From Euprymna scolopes (taxonomy: Eukaryota), in the NCBI GenBank assembly GCA_053919585.1, contig CM132784.1: a DNA stretch of 64,000 nt. One strand, written 5' to 3'. The position numbers and the translations under genes were made by a program. The notes under the pieces were generated by a model. That model was not told the origin of the DNA. It saw nothing but the letters and a program-made list of their open reading frames with translations, and searched no databases. Positions 38,995 to 53,211 of the stretch are shown here, piece by piece (position 1 is the first letter of the stretch; each line of letters begins with the position of its first letter).

Positions 38995-41260
38995 CAATAA
39001 TTACATAAATGAAAACAATAATTGAATTCATACAATTATTTAATTAAAACAATAATTTAATTAAAACAATATTTAAATTGAAACAATAATTAATTAAAAA
39101 AATTTAATTAAAACAACAATTAAATTGTTCCAATCACTAAATTAACGCTTTAATAAAATAAAAACAATAATTAAATTAAATAACAATTAAATTAAAACAA
39201 TAATTGAATTAAAACAGTAATTACATTAAAAATTATTAAATTAAAACAATAAATGAATTGAAACAATTACTGAATTAAACAATAATTTGAGTAAAACAAT
39301 TATTAAATAAAAGCAATAATTACATTTAAAAAATTAACTTAAAACAATAATTAAATTAAAAAACAATTAAATTAAAACAATAATTAAATTAAAACAGTAA
39401 TTAAATAAAAAAGTAATTAAATTAAAACAATAATTGAATTAAAGCAATAATTAAAGTTAACAAATAAACGTAAAACAATAATTAAGTTAAAACGATAATT
39501 AAACTAAAACAATTATTAAATTAAAAATAAATTAAAACAATAATTAAATTTAAAAAATTAGATTAAGAAAATAATTAAATTAAAATTAATTAAATTAAAA
39601 CAATAACTAAATTACAACAATAATTATATCAAAACAATAATTTAATTAAAAAATATTGAAATTAAAATAATCATATAAAATATAATTGAATATAAGCAAT
39701 AATTAAATAAACAATAATTAAATTAAAAATTATTAAATTCAAACAATAATTTAATAAAAACAATAATTAAATTATAAAATAATAAAATTAAAAGTATAGT
39801 TGAATTGAAACAATTACTAAATTAAAAATTATTAAATTAAAACAATAATAAATTAAAAAGAATTAAATTAAAACAATAATTATATTAAAACAATAATAAA
39901 ATAAAAAAGGAACTTAAAACAATAATTGGATTGAAACAATTATTAAATAAAAACAATAATTAAATTAAAACAATAATTATGTTTAAAAAATTAGTTAAAA
40001 CAATAATTAAATTTTCAAAAATTAACTTTTAACAATAATTGAATTGAAATAATTGAAACTAAATGAAAACAATAATTAAATTAAAACAATAATTAAATTA
40101 AAACAATAATTAAATTGAAACAATTGCTAAATTTAAATAATTACTAAATTAAAACAATAATTAAATTAAAACAATAATTAAATTAAAACAAAAATTAAAT
40201 TAAAAAATACTTAAATTAATACAATAATTGAATTGAAACAATCAGTAAATTAACACTATCATTAAATTAAAAAAATAATTAAACTAAAATAATAATTAAA
40301 TTAAAATAATTATAAAATTAAAACAATAATTAAATTTATAAAAATAGTTAAATTAAAACAATCATTAAGTTAATAAATTAAATTAAAACAATAATTTAAT
40401 TAAAAAAATCATTGAATAAAGATAAAAATTAAATAAAAAATAATTAAATTAAATCAATAACTAAAGTAAAACAATAATTATATTAAAACATACTTAAATA
40501 AAACAATAGTTAAATAGAAACGATAGTTAGATTAAAAAATAATTTAATTAAAGCATTAATTAAATTAAAGCAATAATTAAATAAAAAATAATTAAATAAA
40601 AACAATAATTGAATTTAAACCATTACTAGATTAAAACAATAATTAAGTTTTTTTTAAATTATAACGATAATTAAATTGAAACAATAAATAAATTTTTAAA
40701 AAATTTAATTAAAACAATATTTTTATTAAAACAATAATTATATTAAAACAATAACTTACTTATAACAATAATTGTATTAAAACACTACTTAAATTAAAAA
40801 ATAATTATATTATAACGAAATTTAATTAAAACACTAATCAAATTAAAACATAATTTAATGAAAACAATAATTAAATTAAAAAATAATTAAATTAACAAAT
40901 AATTTAATAAAAACAATAATTATATTAAAACAATAATTAACTTAAAACAATAATTGCATTTAACAAAATTTAATTAAAAAAATTATTAAATTTAAAAAAT
41001 AATTAAATTAAAACAATAATTATATTAAAACAATAATTAAATTAAATTAAAAAATAATTAATTAAAACAATAATTATATTAAAACAATGATTAGATTAAA
41101 AAATAATTTAATTGAAACAATAGTTAAATTGAAGCAATAATTAGATTAAAACAATAATTAAATTAAAACAATAATTAAATTAAAAATAACTAAATTAAAA
41201 ATAATAATAAATTAAAACTATAGTAAAATTAAAACAATAATTAAATTAAAACCATAATTA
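38995..41260. repeat. AT-rich satellite, 17-bp core TTAAATTAAAACAATAA
   Basis: About 2.3 kb of tandem 14-17 bp variants, almost without G or C. Confidence 0.95.
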
Positions 41261-42081
41261 AATAGAACCATATGTATGGAGCCTGGGACGTAAGGTATTA
41301 AAGAATTTATTAGAAATTAGATAAGAATCTTGCAACTGTGATTTTAAAAGAGGAGGTATATTAGGGTTAGAAGGATATGACTTGGTAGAGACATTAAAAA
41401 GTGNNNNNNNNNNNNNNNNNNNNNNNNNNNNNNNNNNNNNNNNNNNNNNNNNNNNNNNNNNNNNNNNNNNNNNNNNNNNNNNNNNNNNNNNNNNNNNNNN
41501 NNNNNNNNNNNNNNNNNNNNNNNNNNNNNNNNNNNNNNNNNNNNNNNNNNNNNNNNNNNNNNNGAGGAGCAACTGAATTAGTGACTAAAATGGGTAACAT
41601 TCTAAAATAATGACTGATTAGAGGGAACGGGTTATAAATTAAAATTTATAATGAAGCACCTTAGCGGAAATAAATGGAGATATGTTAAACATGACAATGT
41701 GGAGTAACGGAGGAAAGGGAGGAAGGAGGGGACTAGAACGTAAAAAATAACAAATAAATAAATATAATACATAAATATAAATATACTAAACAGATTCAAA
41801 ACTATATACAAATATGTATTTGAATTTATATAAAAATATAAACAATACATAGAAAAATACACTTAAAAAATACATAAATAAATAAATAAAAATATATATA
41901 GGAAAACATATCCAGAAAAAAAGCTACAAAAATAATATAAAAGATAAAAAATAATTAAATAAACTTAAAGTCCCAAGATTTTACATAAGTTTTTTTTTTA
42001 TATATAAAATGTCCGGTAAATGCAATGCATATATAGATCCAGACGAATTGGAGTTAAATAGATTGTTTTTGTTGAGGCCCA

Positions 42082-42210
42082 GGGACAATTTTAAATAGTA
42101 GGTTATAATCAGTTGTAATTATATACACATGTTGAGCTGGACATTTTAAATAGTAGGTTATAATCAGTTGTAATTATATACACATGTTGAGCGGGACATT
42201 TTAAATAGGA
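42082..42210. repeat. About 55-bp tandem duplication (2.3 copies)
   Basis: GGACATTTTAAATAGTAGGTTATAATCAGTTGTAATTATATACACATGTTGAGC repeated. Confidence 0.9.
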
Positions 42211-43704
42211 TATAAATCCATAGATTATAGCTGGAATTTAGTCTCAGATATCCACGTAAATAATCCGAAGAGATAGAATTTAGTCTCCGAAAACCAGATA
42301 AATTATTCGGATTAGATAATACAAAGTCGTAAATATGAGAAGGCAAAATGTTCTTGAAAATATTAAGAACAGGATAAGTTTGACATCGAAAATTAAGAAC
42401 TGAAATAAGAAAATAGTAAAGTTACGGAAAAGTAAATAAAAGATAAAAACCTCGAACTTGCAGTGTTCGTAGCTTGTTGATATGAAGATAGAAAGAGAGG
42501 AAAACAGGAAGGTTTAAGATGAAGGGGAGAAAGTGAAAAAAAAAAGAAAGAGGGAAAATGGAAGGTAATATTAATTGCAAAGGAAGGTAGTTTATGCGCG
42601 TATTTTATGTGGCCCTCGTAATATATGTCATTAAGGCCTGCGAATTGAAAAATGACGTCATTGTTAAGGTCGTAGCAAGCGAGATCTGCCTAACAGTTAG
42701 ATTGTCGATAATGAATCAAAAACTTTTACGAAAAACATTAGAAAACTTTTTTTAAAAAATGAAAAATACAAAAATAAGGAACACGATGATTTGTAGTGAA
42801 ACTCATTCAACATTAATTAAAAGACGAATTCAAAATAGAAAAGTTATGTGTTTATGCGTTAAAATTAATTAAATTCTTAGTTGTTTCATATATTTTAAAG
42901 ACTACACTACATTCATTGTTTACTTATATATATATATTATAATTACATTTAAATAAGAAAATAATGGATTCGATTTATAATAAAACTAAACTTTATTCAA
43001 TGTAAATAAAACAAAATTATGTATGTTTAGCAGAAGACAGTCAAACGTTGCAAAACATGAAATATGAATTTAGGCAATAAACAATTATTAAACAATCAAC
43101 TTAAAATTAAAGATAAATATTTTAACTAAAACGCAAAACAATAAATATTTTAAAATAAAAACGAACAAAAATATTTTGAAAAAATCAAAACGAATGATTT
43201 TTTAAATAAAAAAAAGTAATTATTATTAAAACGAAAACGCACGATAAATTAGTTTAACTGAAAAACGAACGATAAAAACAAAGTAAATTCAAACAAATAA
43301 TTTTAATACAAACACAAAAGTTATTAGTGCAAATATATTTTAAACATTAAGTATTAAAACATTGCAAAAATATATGTTGTAGAATTTAATTAACAGTTTT
43401 CATTTTTCTTTTTATGATTTTTTCACTAATATTCTCATTTTCTGCGAGGCAAAAAAAATTGTTTTTTTTTACACTAACAAACATACAGTTAAAGAAAATA
43501 AATATTAAAGTCTTAATAATAATAATTTCACGATTTCTTTAATAAATAATTAATATATACGATCATACTTTTTTTTAAATATCGTTATATAATTCTAAAT
43601 CTGACTCATGATAAAAGTTTAAAAATATTTACTTTGCTATATTCACATGATATATACTTTGCTCTTTTAATTCATATATCCAAATGTAACAGCTAACGAA
43701 AAAA

Positions 43705-43865
43705 TGCTGTCCTTAGAGCTTCAAAAGTGGTTCAAAATTCGAAATAATAAATAAAATACTAAGAGAAATCCATCCAATAAGTGTTAATGTTACACTTTCT
43801 TACACTTGCAGTATTTTGTTTATTTCTTCGAATCTTGACCCATTTTTGATGCTCCGAAGGCAGCA
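43705..43865. repeat. Short fold-back / MITE-like inverted repeat
   Basis: TGCTGTCCTTAGAGCTTCAAAAGTGGTTCAAAATTCGAA pairs with TTCGAATCTTGACCCATTTTTGATGCTCCGAAGGCAGCA. Confidence 0.7.
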
Positions 43866-44539
43866 GGTATTTTTCAGCCATCCTGATTGGCTGTATATCT
43901 TAGCAGCTCCACACTAGTTATTTTTCGAACCGAATAAAAGCGTTAGATTCCGTTAAAACACAAAAAAATATCCAGCTATGAACAAGAGAAACGTATCTTG
44001 TTTTTGGTAACTTTCATTTGTTATATATTTGAATTTTGACACTTTTATCGTTTGTTGCCTAAATCCTCGAAAATAGTTATGTTATTTTCTTTCGGTTTTG
44101 GTCATTAGACTACTTCCGGCCGTTTTTTGTGACCCGTACCCATATTCAATAGACCAAATTCAATCACATCAGTAGGTCGAATGACTTTAGTTCCTCATCC
44201 TTTTTAATATTACGATGGCCACAGGTTTTCTTAGCGTGAAATGGCAAAGGAGTGCCAATGCCTATATAAGATATAAAATTGAGTGATAACAATGGAGGTT
44301 GTTGATGGAGAGTGGTTCTTAAGTCAATATGAAGATTATAGACGTAAAGGTTTGAGCTCTTATTCCGCGACGATAGTTTGGAATACAAATCTATTCGAGA
44401 AGATCGGCATAATTTGACCGTTTTCGCCCCTAACATGCCCAGGGATTATCGCTGAACCCGTTATTGACGATGTCGCAAAAGTGTCGACAATTCACATAAA
44501 ACGTTCATAACAAATACTCGCCAAGTAAAAATAATCGCC

Positions 44540-44830
44540 AACAACTCTCTTCACTCTTTATCTGTGCCCAAAATTAAATGAAAATTCCAGGAACAGAGTT
44601 TCTTTCCTATAACTGTCCAGCTGTAGAACGCAATACCGTTTGTCTGTTTCCCGGCTGACTATAACATAGTCGTCTTCAAGTCTAATGTAAATAAATTCAT
44701 ATTGAGTCGTCTATTCAGATAATATAGCCCTACCCAAGTTCCACCATGTCTGATATTGTCTCACCATCTACCTTACACTTAACCCTTACCCTTGAGTTAC
44801 CTCCGGGCCTTGATAAGCGTTGATCTGCAA
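44540..44830 (+). mobile_element. 3' tail of CR1-group LINE family 2
   Basis: AACCCTTACCCTTGAGTTACCTCCGGGCCTTGATAAG matches the reverse complement of 9905-9945 and about 31962-32002. Confidence 0.75.
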
Positions 44831-46016
44831 AGTAAAAGAAAATACCATTTGAAAATTGAAACATTGTCAGTCCATCGAACGGTTTATCAACCTCTCTATC
44901 GATGCCATCTGGTTAAAGGATCGACAAAGAAGCCAGCAATATCTAAGTGGCTGCCGGACGATATTGTTGGGAGGTTCCTCCTAGTGAATCTAACTGCGCT
45001 CCTCCTAAATTAAACGGACGTACTTTTTATATACGAAAACTACTCGTTCATAGTTGTAATTGAAATAGCATGTTCAATTTTTGTGTTTTTTTTTTTTTAC
45101 TCATTTTCTTTCCAAACAAGAAATATGACCACTTGGAACGTAAGGGACTACTATTTTGGATCGTGGCTAATAGGAATATGTGTGGAGTTGAGCAGTTAGA
45201 TGTCTGTTCATATTATATTTAAACTCTGCACGGCAGTAAAGTAAACGAACCAGGAAACAGAAAGGGAATTCCGAAGACTAGCATCCTGAAAGAAGAAACT
45301 ATTAGAGAAAAAGGCTTTCTGGTATCTAGGGATCTCAACAGTGAAAGGGTGGTATTTTTCTGGGTGTTAGGTTAGTCGGGGCGTATACGTCGAGATAGGG
45401 CACACGTGTTATGAGTTGATCAAAGTATATTCTATTGAAGTATTTATAAAACAGACACAGAGATGTGACATTTCGATGATGGGACAGATATTAGAGCTTT
45501 GCCGACTATGCGAGACCTATTAGATTTGAGACTATCTATATAATGCAGTTTGTCTGTCCATAGATAAGTTGATCTGTCACACATTTTTGAAATAGCGTTT
45601 CCATCATAAAGCGCACAAAACGAACGGACGCATATCCGCATTAATTTTAAATTATTCGGCTCATCGAGATTGTGAATTTCGTTATCAATTTTCTTTATCG
45701 AAAATATAATTCCGGCCACCGTAATTACATTTTAGATGATTTAATATCGACCAAGCAAATGTATTCGCTAATCGCGTGAAACGACGCTTTACATCAGGCG
45801 TCATATTTGCTTCTTTTTCTTTTCTTTTTTTTGTTTCAAAGTGGTTAAACTTCTGAAATATTTCTCTAGCATAGATACAACTTTCGTTATACAGGATGAG
45901 CAAAAACAATGTCTACCATGTAAGTTATATAATTATAAAACGCTGTGAGCCTTGTTTACTTGCGTCTTGTCTTCGACGATCGGGCCATTTCATCTTTTAT
46001 AAAGGGAATGACAGAT

Positions 46017-46091
<75 letters not shown>

Positions 46092-46112
46092 TTTCCTATA
46101 ATAATTATTAAA

Positions 46113-46259
46113 TGCCTACAGACACAACTGGGTCATCCTTTCGGGAATCTTCAGTGCAGGGTGCCACGATTAAAACCGGTCGAGAGATTCGAACCCGGCA
46201 ACGAAGCCATCTCCAACTCCATTTGAAAGGACCAAATCCACTCGGCCACTATTAATCGC
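46113..46259 (-). mobile_element. tRNA-derived Pol III head followed by a degenerate hammerhead
   Basis: A-box GTGGCCGAGTGG (46249-46238), B-box GGGTTCGAATCTC (46196-46184), then CCTGCA-CTGAAGA-TTCCCGAAAGGAT-GACC-CAGTTGTG-TC-TGTAGG. Confidence 0.6.
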
Positions 46260-46277
46260 GTAATATATATATATATA

Positions 46278-46451
46278 CTCTCTACCTTTCCAACCCATGT
46301 CAACAGCTCTGACTAAGTCATCGACAGGCTTAACATGTTACCTCCCCAACAATTGAGGCTTAACAGATATTCTTTCAGCCTGGACGTTGTCTCCATGTAC
46401 ACTTCCATCCCGGCACACCCTACCATCAACCTCATGGCTGACCTCATATCC
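46278..46451 (+). mobile_element. Penelope-like element RT fragment
   Basis: Translates LSTFPTHVNSSD*VIDRLN..FSLDVVSMYTSIP, matching the Penelope RT motif S(F/L)DVxSLxTxIP; (TA)n on both sides. Confidence 0.8.
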
Positions 46452-46466
46452 TATATATATATATAA

Positions 46467-46498
<32 letters not shown>

Positions 46499-46616
46499 AT
46501 AAAAAGAGATAAAATAAGGTCTAACAAAGTTATCTCCCCCCTCCCTCACACAATAGATCACGTGAATTTTTACTGCGATACTATCATTGTAAAGAATGGA
46601 AAAAAACCTTAGCCGC

Positions 46617-46682
<66 letters not shown>

Positions 46683-47162
46683 TATACAATATTATATAAA
46701 ATTATATATGTAGCCAATGTTTCTAACAAAGAGATTATATATATAGCCAATGTTTATAACAAAGAAAAATAAATAAATAAGTAAATAAAATAAAATTACC
46801 CCCAGCTCCATACGGTTAAACTAACCACACCATTCTGCGGTCCTGGCATCTTTCTGCAGTCCTGTCCTCTTCTCTTCCGCCATCTTGAATATACTTTTGT
46901 TTTCTTTTTTGAAAAGAGGAGGTACCTTTCTCACGAAATTAACCAAAGTTCCATACCACCAACGGACTTTATATACACCGGGCATACCAGCAACTTGGCT
47001 ATAAAATAATTATACATCGAGGTGAGGAATGATAGATGAATAAACAGTTAGACATTTCTCTTCTCAAACCTACCCGTCTATTTTTTGTTTGTTTTTCTTT
47101 TCTTTACTCTCATGATTCCGGTCTTTTTTTTTTTCGCATTGTTTTTGGCTTTTAAAACTTCC

Positions 47163-47235
<73 letters not shown>

Positions 47236-47435
47236 TTGGGCGTTGATTAGAGGTTTAGGAATACGAATGGAGTGTTTTAGTTATGTGTTTCGANNNNNNN
47301 NNNNNNNNNNNNNNNNNNNNNNNNNNNNNNNNNNNNNNNNNNNNNNNNNNNNNNNNNNNNNNNNNNNNNNNNNNNNNNNNNNNNNNNNNNNNNNNNNNNN
47401 NNNNNNNNNNNNNNNNNNNNNNNGAAAGAAAGATG

Positions 47436-47800
47436 TATATTTAAATAAGGGAGTAGTCACCAACAATGTGTGTTTTTTAACATTATCTTATTATTCCGTG
47501 TCTTGGTTTTTCATTGAGAATTATGTTTGCATCATTGTAATAATGTTTTTAAGTCATTGAAATCAGTTTTACGCGCGTTTCAGATGTTCTGTGAAGCGTC
47601 CTCGTCAGAAATTATTTTCAAATGTGAAATAATTTCTGACGAGGACGCTTCACAGAACGTCTGAAACGCGCGTAAAAACGATTTCAATGACTTAAAAACA
47701 TTATTAAAATGATCCAAACATAATTCTCAATGAAAAACCAAGACACGGAATAATAAAATAATGTTAAAAAACACACATTGTTAGTGACTACTCCCTTATT

Positions 47801-47808
<8 letters not shown>
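47436..47808. mobile_element. Near-perfect palindrome of two Penelope-type termini with divergently oriented HHRs
   Basis: Arms of about 185 bp centred near 47622; HHR core on + at 47636-47674 and on - at about 47608-47570; same repeat as 17979-18157. Confidence 0.85.
47630..47689 (+). ncRNA. Minimal type I hammerhead ribozyme (copy of 17979-18048)
   Basis: CTGACGA-GGACG..CGTCT-GAAA-CGCGCG-TA identical to the 17995-18033 core. Confidence 0.75.
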
Positions 47809-47851
<43 letters not shown>

Positions 47852-48534
47852 GTATGTAGTTTTGATCTCACTACTATGTATTCGGTTTAATATAATAAGC
47901 GATAGATTATTATCTCTATAATGATAAATACGTGATCTACAGCAATTAAAATATCATGTTTTATGAATAGGTAAGGCCGAACTGCTTGCTGGTTATAAAT
48001 AACATTTTCCGTCCCTTCTTAAATCCAACCATATTCGGCAGAAATATACTTCAATTTAAATAGAACTCTACTGAGGTCGCTTGTGAATATTCAACAGTCT
48101 TTTTTCTAACATATGATGACACTTTGTTGATCGTCTCATGAGCAGGGTGTATGTTCCTGGATGAGTTTCACTCTCATTGGACGTAAAACTACAAATTTCT
48201 ATCTGCAGTTTAATTTCAAAGATGATCTCTATCAAGATACTTTTATTTTTAGTGGTCCCTAACTTGAGTTATCATACAGGTTAAACTAATAATAATCAAA
48301 GTGAAGAGAAAATCTAACCATCATGATTTCTTATTCACAAGCATTGTTTGCGTTACTGATTAGTTAAGGATTTCTTACTTTCGTTTTTTTTTTTTAAATC
48401 TTATATCATTCTAAACCAGGCATATTGTCACTGAAGTGTAACAGGCTACTGATATATGAGCAAGATTTGTTGCAGAAAAAAAAGGCGTCTCTGGGCGGAG
48501 CTGTGACATTGGATGTTAACATTACATTTAAATT

Positions 48535-48665
48535 AAAGGCAGCAGAGGGAGAATTCTACAGATAACCTTTCCAATGACAGAAACTATCAGAGTAGAAAAT
48601 CTTCCAGCATCTGCGACATCTACAGTGGAAGGGTGGGATTTTGCTGCTAGTCGGGTGGTTTGGAA
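48535..48665 (-). mobile_element. Decayed CR1-group 3' fragment
   Basis: TTRLAAKSHPSTVDV matches the end of the family 1 ORF (compare 8455-8500). Confidence 0.5.
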
Positions 48666-50949
48666 ATATTTACGTTTGGAATGAAAGTGAATTAAGTTGA
48701 TCGGAGCACATTCCATGGTGTTCATGTAAAACGAGCACAAGGATTCGATTTGCCAGAAGCTGGGGTTTGGCAGCCAGTGTATCAGTGTATCACGATAGAA
48801 TTTTTTTTTTTTTTACAACTTGTCCAAAGGTGATAAATTGGCATTCGATGAACAATCCCAGACGTGGTAACACTACACCATATATTTGCGAATATTGGCT
48901 TTAATTGCTTTTTATCTTCTCGTTCGATGTGTGTTGCTGTATCCTTATCTGTAAAGTCTCTTTGAATATTATTTTCTTAATCTTCAAATTGAATCACATT
49001 TTAGTATCTGTTCTGTTCTTTGTCAGAGGATGGAAATCCGTATTGCCGATGGTAATGTTGAGTTTGTGGCATCGAAGGTTTATATTTTTAGTTTCTAGAT
49101 ATCCCTACATAAAAAACGATCATATTTCTAGATTTACTCTGAGGAGGATGTAAGTAAATTATGTTATTCTTTATACATATTACAATTGAAAGAAACTAGT
49201 TTATGTTTTTGTGATAATAAATTAATTATGCAAAACAAGATTACTGAATGGGAGTTGCGTAACTGAGATTCGAATAGGGACATAGCGAACAGGAAGTCGC
49301 TACCGAAAGTGAAAGAACATCGTGAGACGTGGTAAAAAATAGAATACTAAGCAGTCTCTCTTTTTTTTTTCTACGAGGCGTGACAGACGTATTTTCGCAT
49401 TACTTATTTTTTTAACGACAATACTTTGGCGATGCCATTCCTCAGCTCTGACTACTGTGAAAAGTGAATTATGTAATGATTACCTACTATGAAGAACATC
49501 CAATGATAGAGAGATGTATTCTTGTTTTTGCTACTAGTAAACATGCCACGGTAATATTTGTTTACGTGGCTTAAATACGTTCACTGTGTGATGAACGACT
49601 TATAGGCAGCACTATATTATTTCAGAAAGTTAAGCGGTTATTAAAACCGTTTTATTGGTTGCCTTGGTCAGACTATTCTATAAAAGTGGGTTGATACGCG
49701 CATGGATCACCAAATATATAATAAAATACAAGTTAGATATTTTAGGATCTAACCAAAGAAAATCCATTGTCACATACTATTCAAGGCGAACGTTTCTGAG
49801 TTATACGTTATCACAGATAGTACGCATGCATTATCGATTCACATCTTTACCAGACACTGATGGGTATAATATCGCCTAAAACAGAAATACAGCTCCAAAC
49901 GTACAAAATCGATACACGGCTAAAGCGGACGATCACAAACCTTAGCGCCTCAAGTTTTGTAACTGAGATGGGTATACGTTTTTTTTTTATATCAATGTAA
50001 AAGTGATTTTGTTGTTTGACATAAATGTTCCTCTTTTGAAAATCGAAATAATATGAAATACCTCATCACAAACGAATTATACCATTATGGAATACAATAT
50101 TAATAATTCATTTAAGATTTCCAAGTGGTCGACACAGCCGTCTACGTAGCGCCTATGTTATTACATTCAATATTGATTAGTAGTTTTACTCTTGCGTCAT
50201 TCAAGATAAACGAATTCTTCAGACATGTCTTTATCAGTGGATCTGATCTTAATGACCTGGTCTTACAACTTATACTCGATCGCTGTTTTCTTATGACGCT
50301 AGCTAGGATGCAAATATATGTTCTCTCTAAAAGTGGCACAGTAATATCGTGGCGTCAGCGTTTGTCCCGGTTCTTCATCGAATGTAAATATTTCAAAAGA
50401 TTTTCAAGGATTTGGGAGATAGACACCAGAAATATTCTGAAACTCTATTAATCAGCGTATTTATATAAATATGTTTTAGTTTGAGCAAAGGTGTTACAAT
50501 GATATTGTGGGGATCACTAGATATCCATGCTACAGAAATCTGTCGTAAACACCTACTAAGGTTTGGGAGATAAAACTACAATTAAAAATTAATAAACTAT
50601 TCTAAAACTACTTTAACTTGAGTACTAAAATGTTTCAGATTGAACAAAGGTAGTGCAAGGGTCCGTGTTCTCGCCGGATATCCATAGAATAGAAATATTT
50701 TTTAATACAGCAGTAATATATAGCAGATGAATGACACAACCGTGGAATTCCCACGGATCCCGCTAACATTATTATATAAATCTTCTAGTTGACCTTGTGT
50801 TCTTTCGACATATCACGTATGAATTCTTTTGTCGTTAGATGACATTTATTACTAACAGTGTTCCCGCGTAAATTTAATAGAGATCAGTATTTTAATTTTT
50901 GTCTTTGAAATGTTGACGAAAAAATAAGACGAACCCCCTCAAAATGTTT

Positions 50950-50981
<32 letters not shown>

Positions 50982-53120
50982 CCTGGCACAGATTTTGAGT
51001 ACCGAGTCCATTTTTCCAAAACAGCAGGAAGAGAAATAGTTTTGTAAAGCGTTTAAAGTGATCGTAAAGTTGGTTCGTTTCAGTTGTAACAAAAAATTAC
51101 GAGAAAGAAAAGAAAATTTTATTCTTCGAGGAATAATAGAGAGGAAGTTGGAGACATGATATTTTCTGGATTTAAAAGATAAAGATGGCGTCGTTTTTGT
51201 TTTAGTTGAAAAATACAAAAGAAAATGTTCGTTCCGTTGTAATTTTAATGTGAAAATCAATTTGAGAAACAAATTTCGAAAAAAAAACAACGTTATTGTA
51301 AAGCAATATATTTTTAATAATTTATTTATATAATTTTTTTTTTCAAATTTTAATCGAAATATCTTTCCAAGATAAACAAAACAACAAAAAAACTATAATT
51401 ATAATGCGAAAATATGAAAGAAAAATATGGACAATTGTTAGTTTTTTTAATCATCAGATGCGGCCTTGCATCTAAATAATAGTGGTGTCTGTCGCCCAAT
51501 CTGTTTAAAATATATAATCTTATAATAAGACATCATATCTACATGATAAAGTATTATAGCTCTGAATTAATTACAATAGAAACAGAACAACATGTAAGTC
51601 AAAACGTGTATTAATAAAAGAAAAAGTGTTACAGAATGAAAAGGGTGTTTGCGTTCTACCGAGCACGCCAGGTTAACTCCGGAGCTAGAGCCCTACCTGT
51701 GATTGTAAAGAGTTCCGGTATATATGGACAGCTGTTGAGTCCATTCAGAGGGTGGTTCCTCGACTACATAAAGTTAACTAGAACTACAGCTATAAACACA
51801 ATATGTTTCTAAACACAATTTCAATATTGTCACGCTTTATATCTATAATTGATGCATGTAAAGGTATAGCTGGCTCTCATAAACAGAACATGTATTCAGG
51901 AAAGTTAAGTAATTACTCTGGAATCTCTTAATAGGTTTAATTTTCCAGCAACGCTCGACATTGTTTCATCTTGTTTTAATTTCATGTTATTCCTTTTCGT
52001 CCATTATCCCTATACTAAAAAGGTCCCGATCGCTTTTAAGACGCTTTGATTGGCTGACTATAATCTTATCTATTATATATTATAGAATAATCGAATAGAA
52101 TTGCCGAACGCTAAATAAGAAACAATTGACATACAAACATGGCACCTCCTATACCTTCATTAAAACGTTTTCATTTACAAATCTATATTTTTACTATAAT
52201 AAACATTATCACTTCAAAATAATATTTTAGCAAAGACTTTATTTCTTTATATATAAACCAGATTCCATACTTTATATCCTTCAATTGTTATGGCTGGATT
52301 CAAAGAATAAAAGAATATAGTATTGCATGTCACAATGTGGCTCCAAGACAATAATTAGATATTATTTTATTAACGAAATTACGTCCAATGTTTGTTATTA
52401 TTAAAAATGAAAACGTCGGTAGATCTCTTCGATTTACATAAGGTATTTATTGGGTTTGTTTCGGCTATTAAAAGCCGCCATTTTGATAATTTTCTTAGTT
52501 TAAAAAGAGAAAAGAGAAAAAAAGAGAGAAAGAAGAGAGAAAAAGGAAACGAAGCATAAAATCATAATAAAAAAGAAAAAAAAACGAAAGAAATAGAAAA
52601 AGGGAGGAAAACGAGAATGAAAGAGAGGAAAAAGGAAAATGAACGGGAAGATATAAAAAAAAAGAAATGGATAATATAAGCACAAAATGGTGGTATGAAA
52701 AAATGACGCACGACTTTCACAAAACCTCGAGTAGAATAAAAGCAAAGAAAAAACTTCGTCGAATAACAAAGAGACGAAACGTCGTGGCAGCAATAACGAA
52801 ACTGATTGCTGGCGGCCGGAACTTATTTGTCGTTGAAATTATAATTAAGGCAAATGGAAAAAAAAAAGAGAAAAATTTCCCTTCTTTTTTTTTTTCAAAA
52901 AGCACTTAACGTACGACAAAAGATGAGGGAGATGGAAATAATGGAAACGGGCCAGAAACAGGAGAACACGAGGCCGACCTCTTATGGCAGTTCACGTAAA
53001 TTTAGATAACGAATTAAAAAGAAAAATTGTCCCTCCAGAAAAACATTAGAAAAATATTGCTGGTGATATTACAAAAAGAAAGAATACTTACATTTATATA
53101 TTTATTTATTTCTCCCTCTC

Positions 53121-53211
<91 letters not shown>

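Noticed and set aside
46167-46259. Functional tRNA gene (likewise 2231-2295, 18410-18476, 22325-22406)
   Set aside because: A/B boxes are present, but I could not build a canonical cloverleaf with an anticodon arm; treated as tRNA-derived repeat parts.
50125-50451. Host exon
   Set aside because: Stops interrupt the longer frame; weak minus-strand resemblance to a LINE RT (ISQILENLL..CVDH) suggests a decayed retroelement, too weak to call.
52495-52909. Hydrophobic or Lys-rich ORFs
   Set aside because: Low-complexity purine-rich tract with no domain.
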